From Callorhinchus milii (Eukaryota), in assembly GCF_018977255.1 (NCBI RefSeq), contig NW_024704743.1:77502001-77566000 (forward strand): a DNA stretch of 64,000 nucleotides, given 5' to 3'. The notes under the pieces were generated by a model. That model was not told the DNA's origin and made no database searches. It saw nothing but the letters and a program-made list of their open reading frames with translations. Positions 37,601 through 50,050 of this stretch are shown here, piece by piece. The stretch's first letter is position 1. Each line of letters starts with the position of its first letter. Position numbers and translations under genes: made by a program.

Positions 37601-40600
37601 TGCTGTTTGGTGTTGTCTTTTAAACAGTATAAAACAAAATAGACTGTCTTTCAGATTGCACTTGACAAGTAATCATTAGGAGGCAACGTTCAGATTTTCT
37701 CGTTTGGAGCATGACTGAATGTTACACAGTACTCCAACAATGATGCTATATTGCCACCCACAAAATGTATTCAGTCTGAACCAAATTCTTCATTTTATTG
37801 TGAGTCAATATAGGCACAATCTTTGGAATGGATGTGTAATTAAAATTGAATGAGAAACATCCACAAACAGCAGCTGAACTGAGTCCTGAATTGTATTTTG
37901 CATAAGTTTTGAATGTAATATATGGAAATTCAGCAGAGTTTTTAACACTGCAACAAACCAAGCCATTTTCACCACAGAGACGAGAGCCACACATATGAAG
38001 TATACACGTAATGTAAACTATCATTGTTATCATTTTTGCTATAAAAGTTATGTGAATATGATCTAACTATCCTACCATTATACCTCATCTTTAAAAACAG
38101 CACCTGTTTGCAGTAAAATGCTTCATAGTTTGAATTTTTCTTCACAACTGCCTCTTCAGATTGATTAGCAGTGCTGCCTGTCTCTACAAGCCACTCAATT
38201 TGAAACAGGTCATTTGGCCCAATTAGTTTGTGCCAATGTTTATGTTTCACATGAGCTTCTATCCCTCTAAACTTGTTTCTTTTAAAGTATTAGTATGTAG
38301 GTTTTAAAACTAGGAAACAAACCCGTATATTAGTATTCTTTAAGCACATCGCAAACTGCATCAGAATTTCATTTACTTTTTGTTACATTTACTTTATAAA
38401 TAAATCAATCAATCTTGTTTGGCTCCATGAAATGGTACATTTTTATAGTAAACTTTCCTCCTATCCACCCACTCCGAGTGCAGGGCAGAGGAAGGTATAA
38501 TGTGATTTTAACTATTTAAAAATAATATTTAAAATGTTTTCTGTGGAGAAGCAAATCTAACAACCAGTATACTCCATTCTAGAGTGTTTTGATATGTGTG
38601 GAAATAAACTCTTTACGTTATTCAAGCAGAGCCCATAAATTATTTCAAAGGGGAATTAGTTGGATTAGTTGGTTAGAAAAGAATATTAAAGGATATATTA
38701 TAGGAAGCAAGCAGAAGACTGGGATTAGACTGGGATGTGGAAAAAAACAACCGGCACAGATTTGATGATCTGGATGGCCTAATTGTGAGCTGTAACATTC
38801 TATTAGTTCATATAATTATTTTAAAAACAAACCAGACTTGTAATGGGGGACATTCTATTGTGGAGTTTATTTTGGTAATATGTGCCAACTTTGTCAGGAA
38901 GGTATCCCACAGCAGTTGTGGAGTCAATCGTATTACATTATATCCAACATCAAAGGCTACTCCCACTCTCCGAGCTCACCTCTCCATTCCCCACACCGGT
39001 GGCCCACTGGTCTGTCTGAGTGAGTTAGCTGGTGTAGGATAGTCAGGACTAAATGTTTTGCCAATGTTTTTAATGAAGTGGATCGAATTGGCTTGAGAAA
39101 TCCATCATTCATTTCATGTGCCATCTTTTCTGGCAGCAGAACATATTGTGCCAGTAAACACCAGATTCCAAACCTCCTTCATTTCTGTCTAACCCACTGA
39201 AGCTCTCTCCGTCCTAGTTTTTTTTTAAATGTACCTTATTTTCTCCCCCATCTTTAGTTCTCTCTCAAGGAAATGTGCAGGCAGTAGCCAGAATGTGTAT
39301 GTTTCTTATTCTTTTGCCCTTCATCTTGTTTGTAATTCTTGTTGTCTGAGCAGTACCCTCTCCTGATTGACAAGTCCAGAAACTAATGACCATAGAAACT
39401 CTATGACTCACTATGTTTGAATATCTCTGTGCCACCCATACAATCTGATAAACAGATCGGAAATTATATTAGCTATCTCACATTTGATTTTGCTTGCACT
39501 GGCTGATACATTTACCTTGCCCTGTGAGGTTATAGTGGGAATCTTTGCTGGTGGATCATATCACTAACTTTGGCGACTTTATAATAGGAAATCCCCATCA
39601 TTATCTCTGCCATAATCAGTAAAATTGCCAATTCTCAGCAATTTCCCTCTTTGTAGAGAGGTTGAAAAACAATACTAACACTTCTTACATATTTTAAACA
39701 TCCAGAGCAGCTCAGTGTTTAAAACCTACAAATCCAAACATGCTGCAGAGTATTGAACATATTCATATCTGAATACAAATGACCTTTTTAAATAAGATAC
39801 AGAATTGCTTGAAGCTACAGCGATCGACACAAAATGTATAAATTATTTGTGTCTTTTTATTATTTACCCTTTAATTATACACGGCAATGACATGGAAAAG
39901 AAACCTCAATATATATTTCATTAACTGTAAGGTCATTACAAAATTATGCTGTTTGGAAAATCCATAATATGCTGTATTTTTTGAGAATTTCTGAACATGT
40001 TTTATTAAATGAAATTGATCATGTAGAATTACTAAATTACCTTACTTATTGTAATTTGTGTATTGGAGGAGTGGAAGGGAACCTCCCCAACTCCAAGCTT
40101 TCATCAGGAAGTTGAATATATTTGATTTATTTAATACTTATGTCTTGGTTTCTTTTTGATGAATCATAAAAAGTGTAATTTATATTTGTCATATCATCCT
40201 CATGACAAAATTTAAAAATTTCATTTTGGACTTTCCATTCTAGGATCTTGATCTTACAAAATATTTTCACATTTGTGTGAATTCTCTTTGCAAAGTTATT
40301 TTCCAGTGTTTGAACCCTAACACTTTAGCGTTAAAATATTATAATAAATGCCATGCTTGGGTTTGTTAGAACATGAAAAAAAAGGTCCAGATCAATATAC
40401 AATGCAGTTTTGGGTCATTTACTTTGATTGTGGACTGAGCTAAATATTTTTTTTGTTAACGTTTCCAAAGGAGGATTATTGAAAGTGGCATTCTCTAATC
40501 AATGATTTATTTTATTCTGATGCAGCGAAAGGGGATAATCAAATGTGTTAAATGTTAAAAAACAATTTTTTGTGCAGTATTTTTGCTAGGGTAATCAATA

Positions 40601-42166
40601 TGGGACTTGTGAATAAGACTGCTAGTATTGTTGGCTGGTACAACATCAATTGCTTTGAAATTATAGAAAGAACAAGGGAAATGGATGATAAGTTTAGATT
40701 TCTTAAAGACAGATAAGATATTTTCCTTTGTTTTTACATTCTGCAAACGTCTCCTGACTATCCTAGTATTTTATATAAATACAGGTATATTATTGTCCTA
40801 CTAGTTTATACTAGTTTTCTATTATCCTCTTATTTCAGGTCATAATCTGGTTATTATAGATTTTGAAACATCACTACACTTTCCATTAGTTTTCATATAA
40901 TTTAATTTATGTTATGATAGAGACAGTTTCCGGTTTGTATATTAAAGCCTTTCATCTAACCACAATCAGAAATCACCTCCCTTCCATATCTCAACCTTCC
41001 ACACCTCAAACCCCCCACACCTTAACCCTGCCATGAATAGTCCAGGTACAGATGGCTCTGTGATTAGCAAACCTCCTGTATTTTTCATATCCTTCATCGT
41101 TTTAAAATATTTCTGGAAATCTGTGAACAAAAATGACCATTCAGCATGTCCAGTCTGCTCCACCATTAAGTTTACACCAACTCCCTAATTCCTTTTTGCT
41201 GCTATTTCTCCAGATCCTTTAATATCTTAATTACCAAGTTTCCATCCATTCATCTTTTTTTTTACAAATGCCTCAATTGACTGTATTTTCTGAGATAGTT
41301 AGTTGACTTTTCTTCCTATAAAATTTTCAACTCTGTTTATATCCATCTTTTATTTGAATTTCTCAAAATATTCTCCCCACTACTGCTCTGCTATCTTTCT
41401 CACTTGGAAAGGAAAGGCCCCAGCAGATGTCCTTGCATTGATATCATTACAGCTACTCCTGAATGTGCTTCAACGGTGTGGGTCAGAATCCTGTCCATCT
41501 CCAGTGAATGCAATTGCACCGATGAAATGCGGCCTTGAGGGAAACTTGACTGGGATTAGAACTCCATTGCTCTGCTCTAGCCCATGTTTCTCCCCTTCAT
41601 TTGTTTTAATAAGTTCAGTTAACATCATAAATATGGCAGATTAGTAAGATTGTATGATATTAAGAAAGCTCCTCGGTACCATACAAAATTCAATATACAT
41701 GTGCTGGTGTTAATAGCACCCATTATTTCTGTGAGGCTGTGATAAGTATTCCTAAATGAAACATTTTATATGCCAGTGGCGTTAATATATGTCCTCAAAA
41801 GTGCCCCAGCAGTAATGCAATCTAAATCCCAACTTCAAAGAGGCACTTTGTATTGAAGAGCATGACATTTCCATTCTCCACACATTACAATCAGAGGTGA
41901 TACCTAAGGAGGATTTTAGCTTTTCTTTTGCTATGAACTTATTTCTACTTACATAATATAACATTAATGCTAACTTAACGGCCTTCAATGCTACGTGATC
42001 ATCATTTCCATCTGTGGATTGGATTGAATATGCCTTCAAGTCAGAGAATTTCTTTAGAAGATTTTTCTCAGCTATTCATTTCCCAGAACATTTTTGATGC
42101 ATTACATTCCTGGGTATTTTTAAGGAATACAAATCAGTATTTTTTTTCTTTCTGTAACCATTTCAG

Positions 42167-42313
42167 GTGTTTGGTGATATTAGCAGCACTAGCTTTGCAC
42201 AGAATGAAGTAAACACAGTATCGCAGAAACAGATGAACTATATGGAGAATGTACAGCAATCCTCTGCCCTTTGTGCACTTCGAGAAAGACAGAGGAAGAG
42301 GAACACAGAGTAA
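42167..42313 (+). CDS. OFCC1: OFCC1/ojoplano last (or penultimate) coding exon
   Basis: Long pyrimidine tract and acceptor tttcag at 42166; phase 0. Reads VFGDISSTSFAQNEVNTVSQKQMNYMENVQQSSALCALRERQRKRNTE then TAA (42311-42313). The stop overlaps a consensus donor GA|gtaagt, so the 3' end is ambiguous. Confidence 0.8.
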   Translation: MFGDISSTSFAQNEVNTVSQKQMNYMENVQQSSALCALRERQRKRNTE

Positions 42314-42764
42314 GTAGTCAGAAAATGAATAGAAAATGTACATTTGCTGTCTGAAATTTTTTTATACAACGTTTTATTTGCAATCTTATATCAAAGAACA
42401 AACTGCAGTAGAAACGCATCAACTCAAGTGCAGTTTCTGTGATGAAGCCACAATTGAAAAAAAACTGTGAGAAAAATAATTTAAAATGGAGTAAAGAAAG
42501 ACAAGAAGAGAAAGAAAATGATAGTTTAATCCAGATAATAATGCACATTAGTCTTTAAGTTTAATTTATATTAGCTATGGCATCTTGAAATCATTGAGTT
42601 ATGCGTTACTTTATCAGAGCAAGGGTTCCCCAATGGCAAACTTTGATCATAAATCTTCAGCCCCTCTTTATCTGGATCGCATAGACTTACGCAACAATTA
42701 GCCTTTCCAGTACTTACTTTCTGCATAGTGGAGCCTGATCATTCATTTCAATTTATAAATTTGT

Positions 42765-43107
42765 GACCTCCTAACTCCTTACCATCCTGTCCGCTCCCTC
42801 TGCTCAGCGGGCTCTGGCCTGCTTCACGACCCCTGCCTCGCTTGCCCTACCATTGGTGAGCGGCTCTCCAGCCACTCTGCCCCTACCCTCTGGAACTCCA
42901 TCTCGCAGTCCCTCTGCCTCACCTCCTCCCTTGCCTCCTTCAAGACCTATCTCACGACCCTCCTCTTCGACCATGGCTTTGGTCACCCTCCTTCCCCCCC
43001 TGCCCTCCACCCTCTCCGATCTCACCGTCCAGCTTGGGTCCGAAACACTGATTGTCCAGCGCTTCTGACGTGAAAAGTGCTACACAAATGTAACTTTGTT
43101 GTTGTTT
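42765..43107 (+). mobile_element. L2 LINE 5'-truncated 3' end
   Basis: Aligns by eye with 44580-45062; ends gtgaaaagtgctacacaaatgtaactttgttgttg. Confidence 0.9.
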
Positions 43108-44579
43108 GTCGCATTTTGGTTGAAATGGCTGAAAAATGATGATGATAATAATAATAATTCTTGCAATTGATATAGCGCCTTATCACATCGTCGCGACATC
43201 TCAAGTCTCTAAGTGATAATCAAACAATGCAGGTTTCTGATCATCAAATCAAGACCTTTCCTCAGCAACGTTTTTAATCCCTATGCTGTATACACATTTT
43301 CACCTTTTGACTCTACTGACCACTGTCTCATATCTCCATCTTAGAAAATTCTGTGCAGCTTACTTCACCTGGACAGTCAGACTGGACTTATTTTATATAA
43401 CAGCTCAGGTGACTGAGAATCTTAGAATATTATTTTACCTGGTTTAAATTCTGCTTCTACTCTTCTGGTTCTCTGTCTGTTTCAATAAATTAGCTATATG
43501 CCATGCAACAACAACAACACCAAATTACATTTGTGTAGTGCCTTTCACGTCAGGAGGAAGTCCCAAGTCATGGGCAGTCATACTATTGCAAGGCTTCATA
43601 CTGTCAATATTGGCTCCAACTTTCATTACTATCTCAAAAAGAAGTAAACTGGAAAAATGGCAAGTAAATGGGACCAAAAGGACTGTTCTTTAAAGAGCAG
43701 GCACAGACACGATGGGCTGAATGGTCTTTTGTACTGTAAATTTCTTTGGTTCTATGTTTCTGACTGACAGATTTTGTTTTTAACTTTTGTAGCACCCCAG
43801 TGAGTGTGGCTAGTTTAATAGTTACTAATAGTTCTTTTCTGGGCAGAATCTGGGGAGGAGGGACAAAATTCACAATTTTAAATGGTTTGTTTGAGGTATA
43901 ATGGGAGGTTTCATTCAGTAACTACAAACTTTATGATCATGCTGGTAACTTTTGCCAGTTCTGAGCAAGCCATTTCCTGTCCATTTAATTTACGCCGTGT
44001 GGTGTTAATCGACTCCAGTGAGTTAAATGGAAAATAGCCCATGTAGAACATTTTTGAATGGACTTCTTAAAAAGAAAGCATTTAAAAAAATACCATGTAC
44101 TATATCATGGTTTTAACCAAACAAATTTCAGACACCTCCAGGAAGTTCAATAATTTACACAGAATTTACCAATGCAATACTTTATTTTTTCCAACAAATG
44201 TTTGGTGCAGCTTAATTCAATTAAGATTAGTAGTTTTATCTTTCCTTTTGGGTAATAAATTGTCACAATTGGAATAAAAATATCACAGAAGATGTATTAC
44301 TGGTTAATAAACTGCAATTGAAGAGGGGAACAACTGCAGAGCTGGAGAAATAGAGAATCTTCTCAAACTGTCGTAAATCCTTAAATATCCAATGCAAAAT
44401 GCTTAGAGTTCCTTGGTGACAGATGTTAAATTAGCTGGAAAAATAACTTGAAAACTAGATATGCATATCCCAAAAATGTAGTTTTATTTGGGGTATCTAA
44501 TTTTACAAGAATACAATTCAATGTATCTCTTATTTGAAAAATAGTCTAGTGATTAATATTTCAATATATTTAGGTATAT

Positions 44580-45062
44580 CATCCAGAACTCTGCAGTCCG
44601 TGTCTTCTCCCGCACTAGGCTCCGCAACCCTATCACCCCCATCCTTGCCCAACTCCACTGGCTTCCCATCACAAAGGATACAGTTCAAGATACTAGTCCT
44701 CACCTTCAAAGCCCTCCATGGTCTTACTCCCCACCTACCTCTCCGACCTCCTAACCCCCTACCACCCTGTTCGTTCCCTCAGCTCAGCGGGCTCCAGCCT
44801 GCTTCACGTCCCCCGCCTTGCTCGCCCCATTATCAGCGGGTGGGCCTTCCGCCACTCTGCCCCCACCCTCTGGAACTCCATCCCGCAGGCCCTCCGTCTC
44901 GCCCCCTCCCTTGCCACCTTCAAGACCCACCTCAAGACCCTCCTCTTCAACCGTGCTTTCGATCTCCCTGCTTCCCCTCCACCCTTCCCCACTCCGACCC
45001 TCAGCCTCTGTCTGTCCAGCGCCTTGGGACATCCTCCCATTGTAATTTTGTTGTTGTTGTTA
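44580..45062 (+). mobile_element. L2 LINE 5'-truncated 3' end
   Basis: Frameshifted ORF2 C-terminus RIQFKILVLTFKALHGL / YLSDLLTPYHPVRSLSS / APTLWNSIP / FKTHLKTLLF, with (GTT)n tail. Confidence 0.92.
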
Positions 45063-45110
45063 AGTGTGAAATTTGGGAAGATAAGTTTGTGAGAATGATG
45101 GGTTATTCCT

Positions 45111-45497
45111 GATAATAATAATAACAATAATCCTTGCATTTGATATAGAGCTTATCAAGTCTTCGAGACGTCTCAAAGCACTTCACAGAATATACTGTAA
45201 AGTGAATTGACTGTGTATATTTTGTGGGCAAAATGCGCAGCCAATTATGCACAGCAGTATCCCACAAACAGTCATGGATTGAGTGACCAAATTATTGTTT
45301 ACATTTATTTTGAAGTAATTATACCCCCAGAAAAGCGATCCACCAATCGAGTAACAACTGCGTTCCTACTTACTGCTAGGTAAACATAGGCATGTTGAGT
45401 AAGAAAACTTGCCCAACATTTCGCCATGCTGGGAATCAAACTTAGGTCCTCTCGCTTGCGAGGTGAGTGTTCTAGCCACTGCGCTTCAGGACTCCAC
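45111..45497 (-). mobile_element. Older long form of the tRNA-Ala SINE
   Basis: Same head (GTGGAGTCCTGAAGCGCAGTGGCTAG) and 3' body as the young copies, but more diverged, with ~70 extra central bp and a different tail loop. Confidence 0.85.
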
Positions 45498-46459
45498 AGA
45501 CCTTATGACCTGATAGCCTCAATACTTTCAATGCATAGTAACAACCGGGCTCACATTTGGATTCAGTGTCACCATTGGTACCCGCTACAACAACAACAAC
45601 AACTTGGATTTATATAGCGCCCTCCACATCGGATGGTGTCCCAGAGCGCTTCACAGTAACGCTACCTCAGTTAGTAGCACCCTCACCTCTGAATCAGAAG
45701 GTTGTGGGTTCACAAGTTTATGGGCTCTTGGAGTTTGCTGTATAACTTTGGACGGCGGTTTCTGTAACTAGTTGCTTAGTACTGAAAAGATTGGGGTAAA
45801 ACATGCTAAATGTTCCATGCCAAAAGTACTTTATTATCAAAAGTGGGAAGTTGTGTCCAGTCTTCCTTTGCAGGTGTTGAGGAAGATATATATTTGCAGG
45901 AGGATACTTGGTGCATAGAGGGCAGTGCAGCAAATATATCTTTCAAACCTAGGCAACAAAACACTCTCCTTGACCAGCACCATTCAAGCGTGCACTGAAA
46001 ACCGTGTTGACATGTGAATTTATGAGTGTACTGCTTACTACAAGGGGCCAATGGAAAAAATCAGCCATATAGCGAGGAAGTGGCACATGGGTTGCCCTTT
46101 CTGCTACAGGACGGGATGAAATCTGATTTAAATTAGATTTTCTGAGTCAGTCCACATAACAAAGCAGGGGTAAGTGTCTGAAAACATCAAGGACATAGGC
46201 AAATGATCCAACCAAGGTTCATTTATATCATCAGGGGAGTCATGCACAAATTGTCAAGAAAGGCTGTACGTTTCAGCACCTTGGAACGTCTTCCCAATGT
46301 GAAAAGCTCTATATAAATACAATTTGTTGTTGTGGTTGTTGTTGTTTTGGCAATCAGTAAAGAAGGGAATGCTTGTGTGCCCTTGGAAAGACATGAGATA
46401 TAATTAAGTCATTTGGACTGAGTATTCATTCAGCTTCCTATAGCATACCAACCATAGCA

Positions 46460-47235
46460 TCAGGGAATCAAAAAGATTTACAACACAGAAGGAGGCCATT
46501 CAGGCCATTGAGTATGCACCAGCTCTCAGCGCAAGATGTACTTTCAGTCCCGCTGTCTTGCTCTACACCATGCTCCTTCAAGCCTTTATCTTTCATATAT
46601 TCATCTACTTCCTTCTTGAAACCCACAATGGATTCTGCTTCTACTATCTTACTTGACAGGGCACTCCACATCCCAATAATTCACTGAAGTTCTCCCTTTG
46701 GTCTTCTTGTGACTATCTGAAAACTATAGGAACAGTTACCAGTGGAAATAGCGTTTTTCTATTTACCTTGCCAAAGCCTTTGATAATTTTGTACACTTCT
46801 ATCAGGTCCCCTTTCAACTTCTTCTGCTCCATTGAAAACAGACCCAGCTTTTCAAATCTGACTAAAGTCCCTCATCCCTGGTACATTCTAATAAATCTCC
46901 TCTGAACCTCCTCTAATGCTTTAACATCCTATCTGAAGTGAAGAGTTCAAAACTGAATGCAATATTCCATTTGCAGTCTAACCAATGACTTGCAGCACCT
47001 TGTGATGTCCTCTCGACGTGAAAGGCACTATACAAATGTAATTTTATTGTTGTTGCACAAAATTAACATTTTTGCTTTACTTTTGTACTCTATGCCCCTA
47101 AAACCCAGAATACCATTAGCTTTTTCACAGTCTTTTCTACTTTTACTTCACTTTTGCACTCCCTGGTTCCTTGGTATCATCTGCAAATTTTGATACTGTA
47201 CCCTTTATATCTAAGTCAAAGTCACTAAAATATGG
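46460..47235 (-). mobile_element. Degraded CR1 LINE 3' portion with a tiny nested plus-strand L2 tail (~46994-47052)
   Basis: ORF 46468..46671 WSALSSKIVEAESIVGFKKEVDEYM is a CR1 ORF2 C-terminus; the nested tail is flanked by ttgca on both sides. Confidence 0.8.
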
Positions 47236-47579
47236 GAGACAGATTCCAAAATGTTTTTGAGCTCTTTGAGATTTCTTGAAAAGATGTGATAAGGCACTAT
47301 ATCAAATGCAAGGACTATTATAATGTTGAATATTAATCTTCGTAAATTCCAATTTTTCCATTATCTTCTTGTTGAAGTTAAAGACGTTAAAGCAATAACA
47401 GCTTGAGTTGTGGAGGCCAATGCATGTAATGGTAGTGCCTTGCCCAGTTTGTCAGTATATATTATAAGAAACATGCTGAGACCAACATTTTGACGTACAC
47501 ATGTACAAGTGCTGAGCCACGAGGAAACCAGCTGCCCTGTGGATGAGGCACCCATCACTACTGCCAATGCCAAACATAG

Positions 47580-47925
47580 AAACAACAACAACAACTTGGA
47601 CTTATATACAGCCCTCCACGCCCTGGGCGGCGTCCCAGAGCGCTTAACAATGGCGGAACCCGATGCTGAGCCAAGGTGGGGGGGAAGGTGACCATAGGCA
47701 CAGTTGAAGACAAAGGTCTTCAGATACAACCTGAAAATGGGGAAAGAGGGGGCAAGGTGAAGGGATTAAAGGAGTTCCATAGCTTCGGGATGTAGTGGCT
47801 AAAGGCACAGCCACCAATTGTGGAGGATTTGAAGGACAAGTTGGAGGCTGGAGCTAGTAGAGCGGAGGCTTTGGGTAGTGCTGTGAGGAGAGAGGAGGTT
47901 GGAGAGATAGGGATTGAAGGGATGA
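47580..47925 (-). mobile_element. L2 LINE 3' end, second tail type
   Basis: GGCAFSHYIPKLWNS / LKTFVFNCAYGHL; tail gcgctctgggacgccgcccagggcgtggagggctgtatat...(GTT)n. Confidence 0.85.
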
Positions 47926-50050
47926 TGTATCTCAACAACTCTGTTCAATATTAACTAGACTATTCTGCAACAAAATGCACAAAGTTGGTCACTGTCAGCA
48001 ATATCGTTGCCCCTCCCACAGACAGATACAATTGTAACCAACATAGAAGTCATAAATCTCACTGAAGAATTAATGACATTAGATTTTTTTTGGTCAACCG
48101 GGTGTCTGATACATGTGAAAACCCATCACTAGGCTTACGGATATCCAAACAAGATACTTGTATGCCACCTACACATGGTGTATTGAAGTGTCTGGAATGG
48201 AATATGCACTCTCTCCCTGGAGGAATGCACCCTGTTTAAATAATTCTGGAGAATATTAGGAATAAGTTAGCAAGAGCCAAGATTTGGGGACACAAGAGTG
48301 AGATAAGGTACATCTGGAATTTAAATCATCTATAACTGTGTAGTTTGTGACTTAGAGAACTGTTTGGTAAGATCCTTATTCAGCTCGGACCACCCTATCT
48401 GTTAGGGCTTTGGGTAGTACGATTAACAGGAGCTGAGTGGGAAGAATCCTTGCTCCCTGTGGCTGTCCTGCCCCTCCAAGTGTTACTGATGAGCCAGGCT
48501 GGTTGGCTTGTCACCAGTAGTGCCCTGGAGTACTGTGGACCTGCCTGGCTCGGGAACTGGACTATCAAGACTGCTACAGAGGATTGATTCAATTCTGGCC
48601 TTGGTAAGCGAGTTTCCTTTGAGCCAGTTCAATTGCAAGGAGACCCTGTTTATATCCCCCCCAAGGAGGATAGTCACTGTGAAGTTATAGTGGATTTCTT
48701 TGTTGGTCAATCAAGTTACTAAGTTTGGCGAGAGGTGACTTTATAATAGGAAATCCCCAATATAATCTCTGTATAATCAGTAAAATTACTGTCGATCAGC
48801 AAATTCCCCCTGGCTCAGGAACCGGACTACTGATAACCGCTACACAGGATGGACTCACAGAGTGAAAATGGTTTCCTTTCTGTCTGAATCCTATTCAAAG
48901 CTGTATTATTATTGTTTTAAAGCAGTTTTTCTTATTCAAAGACCATATCAAAATCAGCTCAGCTTAAAAATAAGTCTCCATTTCGCATTTTTTTTACTGA
49001 CAGTAATTTAAAGTTTGATATAATTCTTTTAACTTTTAAAGTGTCAGTCACCCATGGGCATTTGAATAAGATCAGAGTATCTCGCCTGACAGCTGCCTGG
49101 GGCAAGCGTTATGCCCAACTTATTGAGAGACAACTGTAAAGATAAACATGCCCAACAAACTTTGCATGATGTATCTCAACAACTCTGTGACTGTTCAATA
49201 ATAACTGGACTGCTCTGTTGACAAAATGCACAAATTGGTCACTGTCAACATCGTTGCTCCTCTCACAGACAGTTTTGACCCTGAACTTCAGAAGCAGCTC
49301 CAGGGTGGATGGCTAGCTACACTTGCCATTTTCTGTCCTTAAGATCCAAACACATGCAAATGATCCTGTTCACTTGACTCAGTAAAAGAGATGTCTTCAC
49401 CAGCCCAGCTGCTCCAGCTTCTTTTACATTCTTCACAACTGGCAGCCTAGCAAAGCCCTAACATGTTGCGTTTGCAACATACAGACTTGACTCCAGTTAT
49501 GTACTCACACATTCTGAGCCAACCCTATGCACTACAACCCTCTATACTAAGATAATACTTGCATTTGATATAGTGTGTATATCTTGAAATGTCTTGAAAC
49601 TCTTCATTACTAATTTCTGTAATGTGCAGTGACTGTACTAGTAGGTGAACCCCAAATGCATCTAATTAAATCTAATTAAAGAAGATCAGAGACTTTTTTT
49701 ATAAAAAAATGTCAGGTTCATGTTGGGAAGCACTTGAAGGTTAACTAAAGAAATTTACATGTATCTTGGTCGCTATCACAGTGGCCCAGCCATTCATTAG
49801 TCCAGCTTTAATGCAGGAAATTAGCTGTACACTCCTTGATCAGGCCGGGATGAGCAAACACACTGACATGCTTTTATGTTACCCAAGAAAGAACTCCCCC
49901 TTCCAACCTCCCCATCCTTCCTTGGGTTCCTTGATATTTGGCCACATAGTAAATATCTCACAGAATTACTCACTATTTGTTCAATTGACGGGTTGAGTGG
50001 TCCAAGCAGTAGAAAAGATTTTCAGCCAGCACTATCAATGGTAAGTTATA

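Noticed and set aside
44534..45139. Longest ORF in the track (192 aa) and overlapping ORFs
   Set aside because: Frameshifted L2 ORF2 C-terminus, not a host gene.
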